Shown here piece by piece: positions 1-12,883 of a DNA stretch of 64,000 bases; within the stretch, counting starts at the first letter, position 1, and every line of letters starts with the position of its first letter. Source of the DNA: Oculina patagonica (lineage: Eukaryota); the NCBI RefSeq assembly GCF_052425735.1, contig NC_135761.1, positions 12,152,001 to 12,216,000 of the forward strand, given 5' to 3'. The notes below the pieces were generated by a model, which was given only the letters and a program-made list of their open reading frames with translations, made no database searches and was not told where the DNA came from. The translations under genes were made by a program, and so were the position numbers.

Positions 1-335
1 AACGAGGGCTTGTTAAGCACGGACTTGTAGAACGCGGACACTAAACGGAAACTAAACGGTTTAGCGAGCGAAACAATTTGTGTTTGAAGCTCTTGTGTGT
101 TTCTTCGACGGCATATTTCTAGCTTTTTTGAGCACTCTATGGTCTGTTTTAGCGTGGAGATGTTTTTGCAGTATAGCACATGTTCGTTCTGCAAACCCCT
201 ACTAAAACAACGGGATTGATGCTATGAGTTGTGTGCATATGTTTCTTTCTTTCCACTACTTGACTTCTGTTGAGTGCAGTCGTTTGTATTGCTCGCGCGA
301 GGTAGAACGGGGCCCGTCCAGGAATCAACAGTCAA

Positions 336-603
336 TGGTAAATAAAGGTGACGGGCTTACACGACTCCTACGTTCGTGACATTAGAATATTTGCCGTTAA
401 ATGTTTAAATTCGGTCTTTCGACCTTATTTGCTTCTGACTTCTTTCTGAGGGTACTGTTTTAATTTGGGGGCAGTATGTGGTAAATAAAGGTGACGGGCC
501 TACACGACTCCTACGTTCGTGACATTAGAACATTTGCCGTTATATGTTCAAATTCGGTCTTTCGACCTTATTTGCTTCTGACTTCTTTCTGAGGTTACTG
601 TTT
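336..603. repeat. Tandem direct duplication, ~125-bp unit with 143-bp period
   Basis: tggtaaataaaggtgacggg...ttctgag(g/t)tactgtttt at 336-460 and 479-603, few mismatches. Confidence 0.9.
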
Positions 604-3600
604 TTTTGAGACATTATGTATTGAAGAGAGCCGTAAGATGATTGTGGCCAAGGAATTCGAAGTGTCTAGAGGCGTTTTACAAGTCCGCGTTTTACTAGTC
701 CAGTCCAGTCTACAAGTTAAAGACACATCAAGACCACCCCACTGTGAATTGCCATAGCACAGACAAAATTATAGTCAATATCTTATGTGTTTTTAAGAGA
801 ATTACATAAGAACCAAGGCATGTCTTGTCTTGCCTTACATTGACATGCAATAATTTGGAAATACTAAGCTCGTAACAGTTTAAGACAGAATCCATCAGGA
901 ATTTGAGTAACATTAATTTTAGTTACGCAAAAATTGAGCACCAGAATAATTTAAATCCTTGTGTTCTTTCATACCTTGTTAAAGGCTTGACATGATAACA
1001 CCAACATAACACCAACAACAGTTCTTTATCAGTGGGGATTGAAGAAAAAAATGGAAACATCATCACACAGTTGACCCCCATGCAAAAACACTCCAGGATG
1101 TCACGGGACTGTTTGGTGTCCGTCTGCCAATTTCTAACTTCAAATTCCAATGTTAAATTCACATTAAATTTTCAATATTTCTTAGTTGTCTAAATTTTAC
1201 TAATTCTTTTAAAAAAACTATCACCTGCCAAACATCCCCAAAAATCACTCAAAAAATTACAAAATACCGCAATACATAGATACATGGGATGAGTGAAGTT
1301 TCCTTGTATTCCTTGAAACACCAACAAGATATTTCCGTTTAAGGTGGCTGATAATGGGTTTCAGTATTTCCCAGTCCTTATACTTTGGTTCAGTACTAAA
1401 AGCCTTCATCAATTGCTATTACAGTAATGGTATGAAACAAATGTTCAATCATTCATCAACAAGTTGTGATCATTTTCTTGACAATAGTAGTTCCCCGGTA
1501 AACAGTTGTAGTACTGTCCCATCAAAGTGCAATGCCTGGAAAATACCGAAAAGCACACGACCGTCAGGTGAAACCGCACCTTACAGTATTACCAATACAC
1601 TGCACTTTGCTAAGTCAAACTTTACATTGTCTAGTCGTCTACTTCAATCGTTTATTTGTATTGTGTGAGATACATTTATAAATTGAAACCATCATGTCAT
1701 TAAGTAATAATGCAATCTCGACAACGTTCTAGATATTATATTATGCACACTAATACAGCTCATGCAAGCCCTGTGACTTACACAAACACAGTCGGACTGA
1801 GTGCTACTTAAGTAACTGCTTCGTGGTTTCTGCTGTACTGAACCCTGCCTTTCAAGGCAAAGCGCCCGATTTTAAGCTTCTCAAGCTTCTCAATGTTCTT
1901 GTTGCCTTCGAATTTCGGATTAAAATTTGACGAAAAACTGGAGTTTTCGTTACTCGTTCTTGACATGCGGAAAAGTAATGCATGTTGTTATCGGAGATAA
2001 AAATGTCGTTTTGGGTACGAAAAAGGCCAGCTACGATTTTCGAGAAGGCAGCAGCGGCTCGTGAATTCGGGTTTTATACATTTCATTTCCTAAAATTTTC
2101 TGAAGTTTGAAAGTTCAGCTAGTGTATCCGAAAAGGTTTTTCTTAGCATTTAAATAAAAGCCTTTAAATCGCACAGAAAGGAAAAACGGTGTTTCCACTC
2201 CTATAGTAAAAGTTTCTCGTTGGGTGCCCCTGAAACTAGGCAAAATAAGAAAAGATAAACAAGAACTGATAACATAAACAGAGAAGGACTCCCATAGACA
2301 TAACACTTAATTAAAACTGAAATCGAACATCAAATAAAAAACATTGGAGAGCACTAATCCATCGATAAACGAAATTAATACTACTTTTTTTATAATTCTT
2401 TTAATGCTACAATTTTCTATGAAGGGTTTCTGTATTTTTTCACGGAGGAGGTTTCAGATGGGTATTTTACATTGTAAACTCATGATCTTGTTCTGATTCT
2501 TAAGCCACGAACGACAAAACACTTTAAAAGACAAAACCAGAGAATTTATTATTACTCAACAGTTTCTAATTAAAACAAGAGGGTCGAATTGGCAATAATT
2601 TCATGTTTTCAAAATTATACTTACGAACATTATATAACGGAACAAGTACAAATCACTTTCATTAAAAAACAATGTTGCAAAAACACTATTCTACAATGTT
2701 ACCAAAACACTGGCGAAAAACCGAAAATCATCATGCTTACATTCAATTGCAAGCCGGAAATGTCGGCATGTGTTTCTTTCTTACAAATTAATTTGTTATG
2801 AGCATGTGACTTTCAGGGGTTTGTCAGATGAAAATCACGGATCGCTTTAGAAAACACAAATGAAGACCGTCACAACACGAAGCGAAGATAAAGTTAAGGT
2901 AGGTGGAAAGACTTCACAGATCTCAGTTTTAAGGACAAATACAATGTAGAATTCTAAAGGTTCATAGGCAATATTTTTTACTTTCATTTCCTGGCGAACT
3001 TAGCACAATTTCGCTAGAAGACCGAATGACGTTTTGTGTGCAAGGTGCAATGCTTTTCAATAGCCAGCTTTTTTCACTGTATTGAAAAGCGTAGTGAATG
3101 GCGGGGCGCCGGCAGTACTGCTCCATACGCGTTTTTGAATGTCTGTCAGAGAATAGCTGCTTTCATTTTCTGGGTTGCTTTCTTTTTTTTTTTTGGCGTG
3201 TTCTTCGCATTTTGTGCTCATAGGTAGAAAAACCGAAAACCGTGCTTTCATTTGTTGTTCTTCAACAGCGCAATGCACGCGCGTCAAGAATTATGGCAAA
3301 CAAAATTTTAAAAAGGCGACGTTATCTTTGAATACGAAAGTGTTCGGTCCTCTGGCGCAAAATAAAAATCAATCGAGAAGGGATCTCGATATTGGCCGTT
3401 TTGATGCTAGAGACGTGTTACCCGTCTGGACGAGCTTCGGCAAAAAATTTGTTGTTCGTCTGTTCGTGCGTCGCTAGTATAAAGACGGCCATCGAATCTC
3501 GATATTATAACTTTCATTCCGATTTCATGTTTAGTCTGTTTGCATGGTAAAACATTCTCGAGTTTTACCCCATTAATTATCCACGACCTGCCCCCGTCTG

Positions 3601-4489
3601 CCTCCTAGCTCGGTCGGTATAGCAAAGATTTCTTTGTCTCCGGTGTTGTCTCCGATTTTCTTTATATCGGACTATAACCGGTAGAAGGAAATTTTGGTTC
3701 GTCTGCAACGCAGGCTAGATTACCTTAGAAGAGTTAATTACCTGCTTTCCAGTTTTTATTTTTAACACTTCGGTATGGTCACGTGGTTCACCAGTATTGT
3801 ACTAGATTACTAAACAGTTCCAAGTGAAAATGTACAGGAAGGCACGCGACCTTAAAGACCCGGCTTTGTGAAACGTCATCGCTTCTGCATGCATTGCGTG
3901 CCGTGTATATGAATTTCGATTCGCTTGTAACTTTTAGCGAGGTTTTGTTGATGGGCCGTCTGTAAATAACAAGAATATCAATGAGCCTATAAATGAAATG
4001 TAAATTTTCGGTTTGAAGTAAATTGCCTGTATGTTGTCGTCATTTTTTCATAGTTACCATAGTAACTGGATAGACGCAAGATCTATTCATTGTTTGAATG
4101 GTGTTTTCAGTTGATTTTATAATTTCGTAGTTACCTTTTTGCCTTTGTTGGAAAACTTCTGTACGTGACGAAATCCGCCACTTGGATTGGCTACGGAACT
4201 CATGAATGAAATTAACTTAAACAAGGTGTTGCTGCTTAAAATTATTTCTAAAAGATAAAAATACTGAAGAGTATAATTATCATGAATAAATATTTGGTTA
4301 AGATAGAAATTAAACCTGAAGATAAACAGAACTTGTTAAAAAGGGAACTGTTATAGAAGTCTCCAATTTGTTTATGAACCGCGGAGGAAATATCCACACT
4401 TTTAAAACCAGCTGTACTGTACAGAGGCGAAATAAATAACTGGCAAACTGATTAAATGTGTCATTTATATGCAAACAGCTGGCAATATG

Positions 4490-6050
4490 CTGCCAAATAG
4501 AAATTCCTATCTTTTGAGATATAAAAGCCTATTCAGGTCCAGAGACCTTTCACTGCCACGGAGAACCAATAGCACCTTTCTTTATTAAATTCAATAGCGA
4601 GGCGCGCGAGGTCTAAAAATAGAATGCAAATGATTATAACCGCTTCAAGGCTCATAAAACATAAGCGTGTTCTGAGAAAAAATAGAAGGAATCTAAGCGA
4701 AGTTTTCGTTTTATAAAAGTGTTTTAGGAATGCCGGCTGCTTTAGAAAGTGTTTTAGGAAAATCATCCGCCGTTTCGGTTTTTTTTGTCTGAGTCGTGAC
4801 GTCACTCGCACGCTTTGCTATTGGACATGTCCGTCAATAACATGCCAGGACGGAGACCTGTTCATCGAAATAACCAGCTTGAAAAATTGTGCCTGTATTT
4901 CAAAATGTTCAAGGAGTCGGTTATCACACCAACTGAAACTTATAGCAGGGAAATATATAACTAGCGAATTAAATGTTCCATTTGCATGCAAGCAGCTGCA
5001 TGGTGATTTATGGTCCAAATAGAAATGCCTATTCTTTGAGACTCCTATTCAAGTCCAGCGACCTTTCGCAATTGCCACGAAGAACCAATTGTATATTTTT
5101 TTGTTATATTAATTTGGACATTTCCCTTAATATTCCCACAGCTGACATGCAAGAACAGAGACCAGTTATTCATCAAAATAACTAACTTGAAAAATTGTGC
5201 CTGTATTTCAAAATGTTCAAGGTGGCGGAAATTACACTATCTGAAACTTACAGCTAGCGAATTAATTGTGCCATTTGCATGCAAGTGGATGGTGATATGG
5301 TCCAAATAGAAATTCCTATTCTTTGAGACTCCTATTCAAGTCCAGAGACCTTTCGCAATTACCACTAAGAACCAATAGCATCTTTCCTAATTTAAATTCA
5401 ATTGGGCATGTACGTCAATTGCATGCAAGGACGGAGACCTGTTCATCAAAATAACCAGCTTGAAAAATTGAGCCTGTATTTCAAAATGTTCAGGGTGTCA
5501 GATATTACACCAACTGAAACTTACAGCAGGGAAATATATAACTTTAGTATATACTCAAACAGTAGATAGCGTTTTTGGCGCGCTCTGATTGGCTACTCAA
5601 ACTCCGAATATCCTTTGCTATTCACCTTTGAGGAACTTGCGCGCGAAAACTGTACTCGTTAACGTAATCAACTAGTCAAACATCATCCTTTAGCGCTATA
5701 ATATCTCACAGTTTGAGTATATATACTAAAACAACTATTCACCTCAGTGTCGGTGAAGCGGCTCGATAAATATCCACCACTAGCTAGCCACCTCCACTTC
5801 GGCGAATAATTGTTAAATGGCGAATTAAATGTGCCATTGGCATGCAAACATCTTGTGATATGGTGTCAAATGGAAATTCACGTTCTTCGAGAACAAACGA
5901 GTCAAACCCGTAATGAAGTCAAAACGCCTTTCAATACTACGAATAACCAATAACATCTCATTGCATACTAAATTTGGATATATGTTATTTATATCTACAG
6001 CCACGCGAGGACGGAGACCTTTTCATCAACATAGCTACCTCAGTGACAAA
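4490..6050. repeat. Degenerate tandem repeat, ~290-300 bp period
   Basis: ggacggagacctgttcatc...cttgaaaaattg(t/a)gcctgtatttcaaaatgttca recurs near 4848, 5150 and 5428, with its first part again at 6008; aaatagaaattcctat block near 4495, 5017, 5303. Confidence 0.85.
5544..5818. mobile_element. Non-autonomous dispersed element inserted in a tandem-repeat unit
   Basis: Splits gaaatatataact|(a/g)gcgaattaaatgt, which is contiguous in the unit at ~4950-4980; related copies at 54405-55670. Confidence 0.75.
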
Positions 6051-6069
6051 TTGTGATCTGTAACTAAAC

Positions 6070-6423
6070 ATGTTCAGGCCTTCGGTTAGGAGACGTTGGC
6101 AGACGACTGCCTCAAAAGCAGTGCAAAACGACAGGGAAGCCGGGAACAGTGGCAAAGACAAAAAACATGACTCCAAAAAACACGACTCCAAGCAACGGGC
6201 ACATTCGTCACCGGCATCAGTTCAATGGGCGATCGATCTTCACCGAAGCGTCAGGCTCAATACTTCCCAGAGAAAGCACTACTCCGAAGGCCGCATAGAG
6301 TTCGACAAAGTGCTGAGAAAGTTGACCGAAATTTCAAGCATCTTAGAAAGATCGGCATTGCTGGAGAGAGATTATGAGAGCGATTTGAGGACCATCCAAG
6401 TTAAGCTCCAGGCAGGGTATTGA
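6070..6423 (+). CDS. Candidate 117-aa orphan protein (basic N-terminus, helical/coiled-coil-like C-terminus)
   Basis: ATG in aaacATG context, GC-richer than flanks; no recognisable domain. Confidence 0.35.
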   Translation: MFRPSVRRRWQTTASKAVQNDREAGNSGKDKKHDSKKHDSKQRAHSSPASVQWAIDLHRSVRLNTSQRKHYSEGRIEFDKVLRKLTEISSILERSALLERDYESDLRTIQVKLQAGY

Positions 6424-7782
6424 TTTGCAAAACGCTGAGGAAAACAACGCAACGGTTAGTCGACTTCTGTAGGACCCGGCTGTAGGAGCAACATTTGGAG
6501 GAAAACTCAAACCTAGTGACAGTCCAAAAACATTTCTTTTATTAGAGGCTGGTTAACTCTTCCAGTTGGTGATGTCTAAATATTTACAAGTCTTTGCTCG
6601 GCGTTTTCTGTAGTGCAGAGCACTTCTAAGGTCTTTAAACTTTTGCATCACCGCATTTTTGCTCCGAGGCTTCACGACACAGCTTCAGTCTTTATAGTGT
6701 AGTTAGTGTAGTTAAAAAAGATCCAAGACTTAAGATTTGCGGACAGGAGACAGACAAGATGAAGGTCATCAGAATATAATTTATGGCACCATAATTTTTG
6801 ACTCGATTTAATTTCCTCCCTTTAATGTAAATTATTTGATACACTGGATCTCAACAAAAGGGTAAAATTAACGTCCTTTCAGTTTGCAGGACCGTGTAAA
6901 TGAAACATAGTTTTAAAGAATCCCAGTTGGAAGCTGGAGAGTTAAACTAGTTTGCTTTTCGAGGGGATAACCTTGGTACCGAACTGAGAACAACTTCAGC
7001 TAAGTGCATGGCACAGTGTAAAACCTGAGCCGGGAACCTACGCGTACGGTGCCTCCTGTTGTATTTAAGGAGGTTGAAAAGAGTTTTCAGTACTTCCCAG
7101 CCCTTATACTTTGATGGTTCAGTGCTACAAACATTTATCAGAACAAATTTCGGTTATTTTCTTGACGTTATTGGTAACCATAGCAACGGTATAGCCTGTT
7201 AAAACACCCTTAATTTTAGCTTTAAGTGCTGATAACTCAAAAACGAGTGCGGCATCATCAGGGATCCCGTTGATCGGCGAAAGCTAGGTTTCTTTAGTAT
7301 ACGATTTTTACAGAAGTGTTAGGCCACATTTGTACTTTTATAGTTTTAAAGTATCATTTTTTAATTTTTATTTTCTTTTTTTTCGAAGAAATATTAATTT
7401 TTTCCTTTTTTTCCAGACGTCCTTTTAGAATCTTTTTTTGGGATTTTTTTAGGATTTTTTTTTCCATTTATATTTTTTGAAATTTTCCAAAAGGGGACCC
7501 AAAAAAAAAAAAAAAAAAAAAAAAAAACATTTATTATACCATGTAATTTAATTCAGTTGACATCTGCCGATCTCTGTTTAATGGTTTGTAGTGGTTGTTT
7601 TGACTCTGGCTTTACAATCATCCATTTGTCTCAAATTAGAAGGCAAAAATGAAACGTAAAATACGAATAAAGCTGGAAAAGCTATTAAAAGCATTAACAC
7701 TGCCCAACTGGCCAACATACACATAAGGAGCTTATCCCGGTTTTTCGTAGCCTTTTTTTTTTCGTAGCCTTAAGCGACTAGG

Positions 7783-7985
7783 AGCCCATTTACATGGAAA
7801 GTGGATTATCGTAGCACAAGGATGATCCTAGCATATAGGGCCAAATGCAACTCTTCGCATGTAAGCTAAACGCTGGAAACATAGCGCGCTCGGATGATCT
7901 TAGCAGTAGGATCATTCCATTTTCCATGAAATAGGGATGATCCTAGTGCCAGGATCATCCTCTTTCCATGTACGTAAATGGAGCC
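7783..7985. mobile_element. Palindromic MITE
   Basis: cccatttacatggaaag...ctttccatgtacgtaaatgg inverted termini; internal ggatgatcctag repeats. Confidence 0.7.
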
Positions 7986-8088
7986 ATTTCGAGTATTTCT
8001 ACTTCTCTTGAATGGGATGCCAGTCTATCACAGGTTACTGCCCAGTATTTTTGTTTGGTTTCCTCAACAGATCAAAGGTACCTAATTA

Positions 8089-8263
8089 CAGTCAACTCTC
8101 ACCTTGCAGACACCCCGCTAATGCGGACACCCGCTATTACGGACAAAATCCAGATCCCCGACGAAAGAGGTTTGACTGGAAATGACTCCCGCTATTACGG
8201 GCTCTCGCTATAACGTACACTTAATGACTCCCTAAGCGTGTCCGCTATAACGAGAGTTGACTG
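8089..8263. mobile_element. Tc1/pogo-type MITE
   Basis: TA-CAGTCAACTCTC...GAGAGTTGACTG-TA; TA target duplication. Confidence 0.9.
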
Positions 8264-9103
8264 TATACGCCTGGGTTGAGACAGACAATGTGGGAGCAAA
8301 GTTTCCTTTTTTTTTTTTTTTTTTTCTTTTTTTTGGGGGGGGACTTCCCCAAGAACACAACACAATGGTCCCAGCCAAAGCTGTATCCCAGGCTGCATGT
8401 GCCGGGTCCAACTCAGTTCAAGTTGTCAGACTGGTTTGGTAATTGACAACTTAACACTTCCTTGCTGGATCAATCACTAAAGCCAAATTGTGTCAAGCTA
8501 CCGTGGTGTAATTTGAAGAGGAATCATTGCACTCTCATAAAGGAACCAAATCTCCATTTATTCTCTAAGTATTCTTAACTGTTTGATTAGTATAATCACA
8601 AAGTTAATTCATGCATTTAAAGTTCTGAATTTAAATATGAAAATGGTAATATTTGTCTACATCATGGGAAAACGTGTAATAAATTAACAATAAATTATGT
8701 ATTACGTATTTGAACATTAGACGAGCTCTCAAACACATATTCCATTGGCTTAGTAAAGAACTGCAACCGATTAACGAAGCAAAATTATTTTTAATCAGTC
8801 ATCTAGTTAAACCTAACAATTTTTTTATTGGCCTGTACAACCATGAGATTCAATACCATGCTACTGAACTTTTCAGAACAAACAGTTGCTTTGTGAAATA
8901 AGGTTTTAGTGTAATCTGCAAAACTAGAAACAGTTTCAATTTTTCACGTTCGCCGGGATAGCTTGTAACTGTGTTTTTGTTTGTTTTGATTTATTTACGA
9001 TTTTGCAAAACCGCGAGTTAAGATCGTATTAAATATGAGTGCATAATCACAACATGGGACAATGAAAATTTGCCCACCGTCACGATACAGTTTATGACCT
9101 TAC

Positions 9104-12100
9104 TTAAGATTTTATCTGCATTTGGTCTAGTTTCAGTTGATTTTCTTTAAGTTTCTCTTCCAGCAGTTTAGCTTTCCTTTGTTTCTCCTCTTTAGTCACT
9201 TGAAATTCAAGGTATTTAATGATGCGCTGCCTTTCCATTGACCGTGCGAACTCCAAAGCCGTTTTCCCTTCCCTGTTTTTCAGGAACACATCAGCTCCCT
9301 TGTCAACGAGCAAACGCACCAAATTAAAATGGCCATTCATGGAGGCTGCCATTAAAACAGTCTTACCAGATTTGTCAATCTTGTTGATGTCAGCGCCTTT
9401 GGCAATGAGCACTTCCGCTACTTCGTCATTTCCGCTTAGGCACGCAACGCGCATTAAGGGCGTCCATCCGTTGACACTGTCTTCTATGTCGACTGGAGCT
9501 CCATTCCGCATAACCCATAACATGAGATCATCGTGGCCTCCGTCTGCAGTCCAGTGTACAGCGGTTAAACCATTTTTGTCACGCTTTTCCCAAGTGGCGC
9601 CGTGTTGACGCAGTAGTTGAGCTGCTTCTTCTTGACCAGCGTAACAGGCAATCATCAAGGCAGTCTTGCCATTTGAGTTCGCATATTCAGGCTCGGCGTT
9701 GAATTCGAGAAGTATTTCCATTACATCTAAATAGAAATAACAAAAGATCCTGTTAGAAAACATAATTTTACACTTCATAAAAATAATAAGACTGAAAAAA
9801 AGTTAAATTAGCACAACGATTTCCGATCAATAACGCCGTATGAAACACGTATGTCAAACAAACATCAACACAATGTTCTTTCAGTGACATGGCGTACAGC
9901 TAAACAAAAGTATTGTTGATGCGCTAAAAAAATTCTCGGGAGTTTCGAGACTTTGGTGTCTTCAGTTAGCGTAAAAAATGCCGTTAACAGACAGCACGCG
10001 CAAGACTCTGAGAAACAGGATGAACATTGACTTTGCTTTCTTGTGCAAGCGCGCACTTATGGCGAAGACGCATTTCAATTGATACATGTACGCATTGCGG
10101 ACCTATTTTTTACTTTCCACGCTTGCGTGTGTTTTGCTTTCTATTTCACGGGCTCCACGGCAAGAGCCCGCGCGTGAGAACGAAAGTAAGAATCAGCGTG
10201 AAGCGTGAAGCGTGAAGGGAGAAGTGAGAACGGGTTAGAGTTGTTGACAGGCCTCACCCTTCCCACTATTCATCGCGCCCTTCGCATGATTGCATTCCGC
10301 GAGAGACTGGGGACGGGGAAATTCACTGCTTCTGTTTTTGCACTTGCATTGCGTTTGTTTCAAAACTTTTAACTGGAGTGCTGGGATACAATTTAAACAC
10401 AGAAATGTCTGACTGAACACTTTTATATATGTCTAAACAATGTCTGCAATTGTAACACTGTTTCGCCCCGCGAACATATCAACTGTATTTGTACTTTAGT
10501 TTGTTTGCTACCAGTGCCTATTTTGTTAAAAAAATATATATATATATATATATGACTTTTTTATAATATAGAGAAATAGAGTTAATTGAGTTGTGAGGAA
10601 TTTTGGTCTTTGCCATGTTTGCGGCCATGTCATTTATTGTATGAAAAGCAGGAGCCCATGGGCTCCTGATGAAAAGTCCATGGTAACAAACAGGGCGTCC
10701 TAATAATGTGACATTGCATTTAGCACAGCAAACCTTGGGATTAAGTGCCACGTTTATGTTTGTTTGGCTTTACCTCTCGCTGTCAGAAATCATAATGATA
10801 AAGCTTAAAAAATTCCTTGGTAATCCTAACTTGTAAACAGTTTGTTGGCGGGTTCAATTTCACGCAATATAACTGAATCGTTCATCGACTTAGCTTCAGT
10901 CCTGTTTTGTGCGCACTCCGGTTGATTAAGCGTAACAATGTAACTCTAGGCTATTCCTTAAATACGATAATTTTGTGAACATACCTGGCATACTAAGATT
11001 ATTCAAAGCACGTAAGACCCCGACATTTGCATAAATAAGCGTTTGCATTGTGCATTAGTGTCTGCTTTGCGAAGGCCGCAGTTAAATAAAACTCGACAGA
11101 CTTGACTTAGCAAAGTAAAATTGATCAATAACATGTCGGATCGAATTAAACTTAGTCCACTAAGCTGACATCCGAGATAAACAAATCGCATTTAAGCAAA
11201 AAAGATTTTCGACAATTGACGACCTATCTTCCATGAAATGTACCACGGAGCACAATTTTATCGGCTCGATGCTGGTTATCTTCGTATTAAATGAAATGAA
11301 TTTAGTTTGGAAAGGAGGCGACGAATCAAATTTATATTCAAGGAAAAGCAGGGAAATGATTATGAGCTTATTTTAGGGTCGCGAAAAATAAAATCGTATT
11401 ACGGTATTCAGTTTCGCGATCAGGATGTTATAAATAGAAACGCCAAGAATAAGTTTCATTTATTTATGGGTTTGAGGCTTTCGGAACCATTTCGCTATGC
11501 AAATTTAAAATAGTTTTTTTAATCTGACAAAGAAATGGTTTCCAATAGCAAACAATAGGTTTCTTTTATGAGCTAACAATTTATCTTTGCTGTCCCACTT
11601 TCAAAAAAAGAAATAACACAGGATGGGGCAGGTGGTCCTGTTATTATTCTAATGAGGGCTTCGCCGTATTTAGCTTTGTCTCAGAAAAAATATCAATCAA
11701 CGTTATACTGAAAAACTTATATAAACTTATTACTTCGTCGGAAAAATGAAGCTGAGTTAAAGTTGGCAGATAGAAACCCTTTGAAAGACATTTTAAATGT
11801 ATTCGCTAGGGTTTGAAAAAAAAAATACGTTAATAAACTTTCGCTACAATAACAATGCAAGGTAAATTCATTTATTATTCTTATGAAAGAACAGACAAAG
11901 CAGCGGAAATCATGACAAATCTATGTTTTGAACAAAGGCATCTAAAATATTTTAGGCTTCAAGCCGCTTTGTGCCAAAAGTTTCGCTCCGAGAAACATTT
12001 TTCCTCATTGCAGTGAAATTCACTAATTAACTAGGCTCTTTAAGATTCAAGGATCCGATTTATCAATAAAAACTTCTATAACCTTTTTTTGTTTTGTTTA

Positions 12101-12883
12101 AACATGGTATAATACAGAGTACTACCTCATTGTTATGTTGCAAACATTTTTAAAAACTGTGAGTATTAAAGTAAGGTAGAGCAAAAACTGCAAAAATATC
12201 TAACTTCAAAGATGACCTTATATTTTGCTTCATGAATCAGCAGAAATTTTTGTCGGCCACATTCAAGTGCAAATGGAATTTTCGCCATTGACTTTACACA
12301 CTTTAAGTGGAAATGAAACGCAGTAAAATTTGCATACATGCTCAAAACATGATTACAAAAATTGACCCAAATCTTGCGTTTATTATCAGGAAAACAATGC
12401 ATCCAACTTACCTATGAAGCCCTTTTGAGCAGCCACCATTAGCGGCGTCAATCCAAACTTGTCCATCACCTCAACGACCGTGTTATTTTCTTGCAGAATT
12501 TTCCGAACTTTCTCCAAATCTTGCCTGGATACAGCCTTGTGAAGTTCTGCCCCAGACGGCGGTTCGTTTGCTGTACAGACAGTGATCGGGTCGCTCCAGC
12601 CGCCTCCCTGTCGATCGGTGTCGCTTTCCATCACCCGCAGCCGGCATAAGTACTGAGTCATAGGCTCCAACCCTTTGAACACGTATTGTTGACTGTAGCC
12701 TTGATAGTTTGTTAGTGGATCGAGCGTCGGGCCGCCGGGACATGGGCTGCGCGCACGAGCTCTGTTCAACTGCACGTGAAACAGTTTTCGCTTCTTGTTG
12801 TTGTTATCGTTTTCCGAATCTTCCCATTTCAGTTCGATGCTGTTATAGTTTACTTCGCCCACCGTTAGCTCGGGCACAGACAT
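9104..12883 (-). CDS. FANK1: Fibronectin type III and ankyrin repeat domain protein 1, ~364 aa, 2 exons
   Basis: Exon 1 12883-12412 ([40 protein letters not shown]3 domain, then first ankyrin repeat; ATAG|gtaagt); exon 2 9726-9104 (tag|AT, phase-compatible; [27 protein letters not shown] repeats); 1095 nt in frame. Confidence 0.9.

Larger units (their letters stand above)
7728..8415 (-). mobile_element. Degenerate SINE interrupted by two MITE insertions
   Basis: aagcgactaggag...tatttctact...gggatgc...cccaagaacacaacacaat matches the SINE at 42372-42670. Confidence 0.7.

Noticed and set aside
7174-7187. X-box-like GTAACCATAGCAAC
   Set aside because: Not near any supported gene start; probably part of a repeat fragment
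7355-7527. T-rich tract and A27 run
   Set aside because: Low complexity, no TSD or linked retrocopy; may include homopolymer errors
9219-9608. 129-aa plus-strand ORF
   Set aside because: Antisense shadow of FANK1 exon 2
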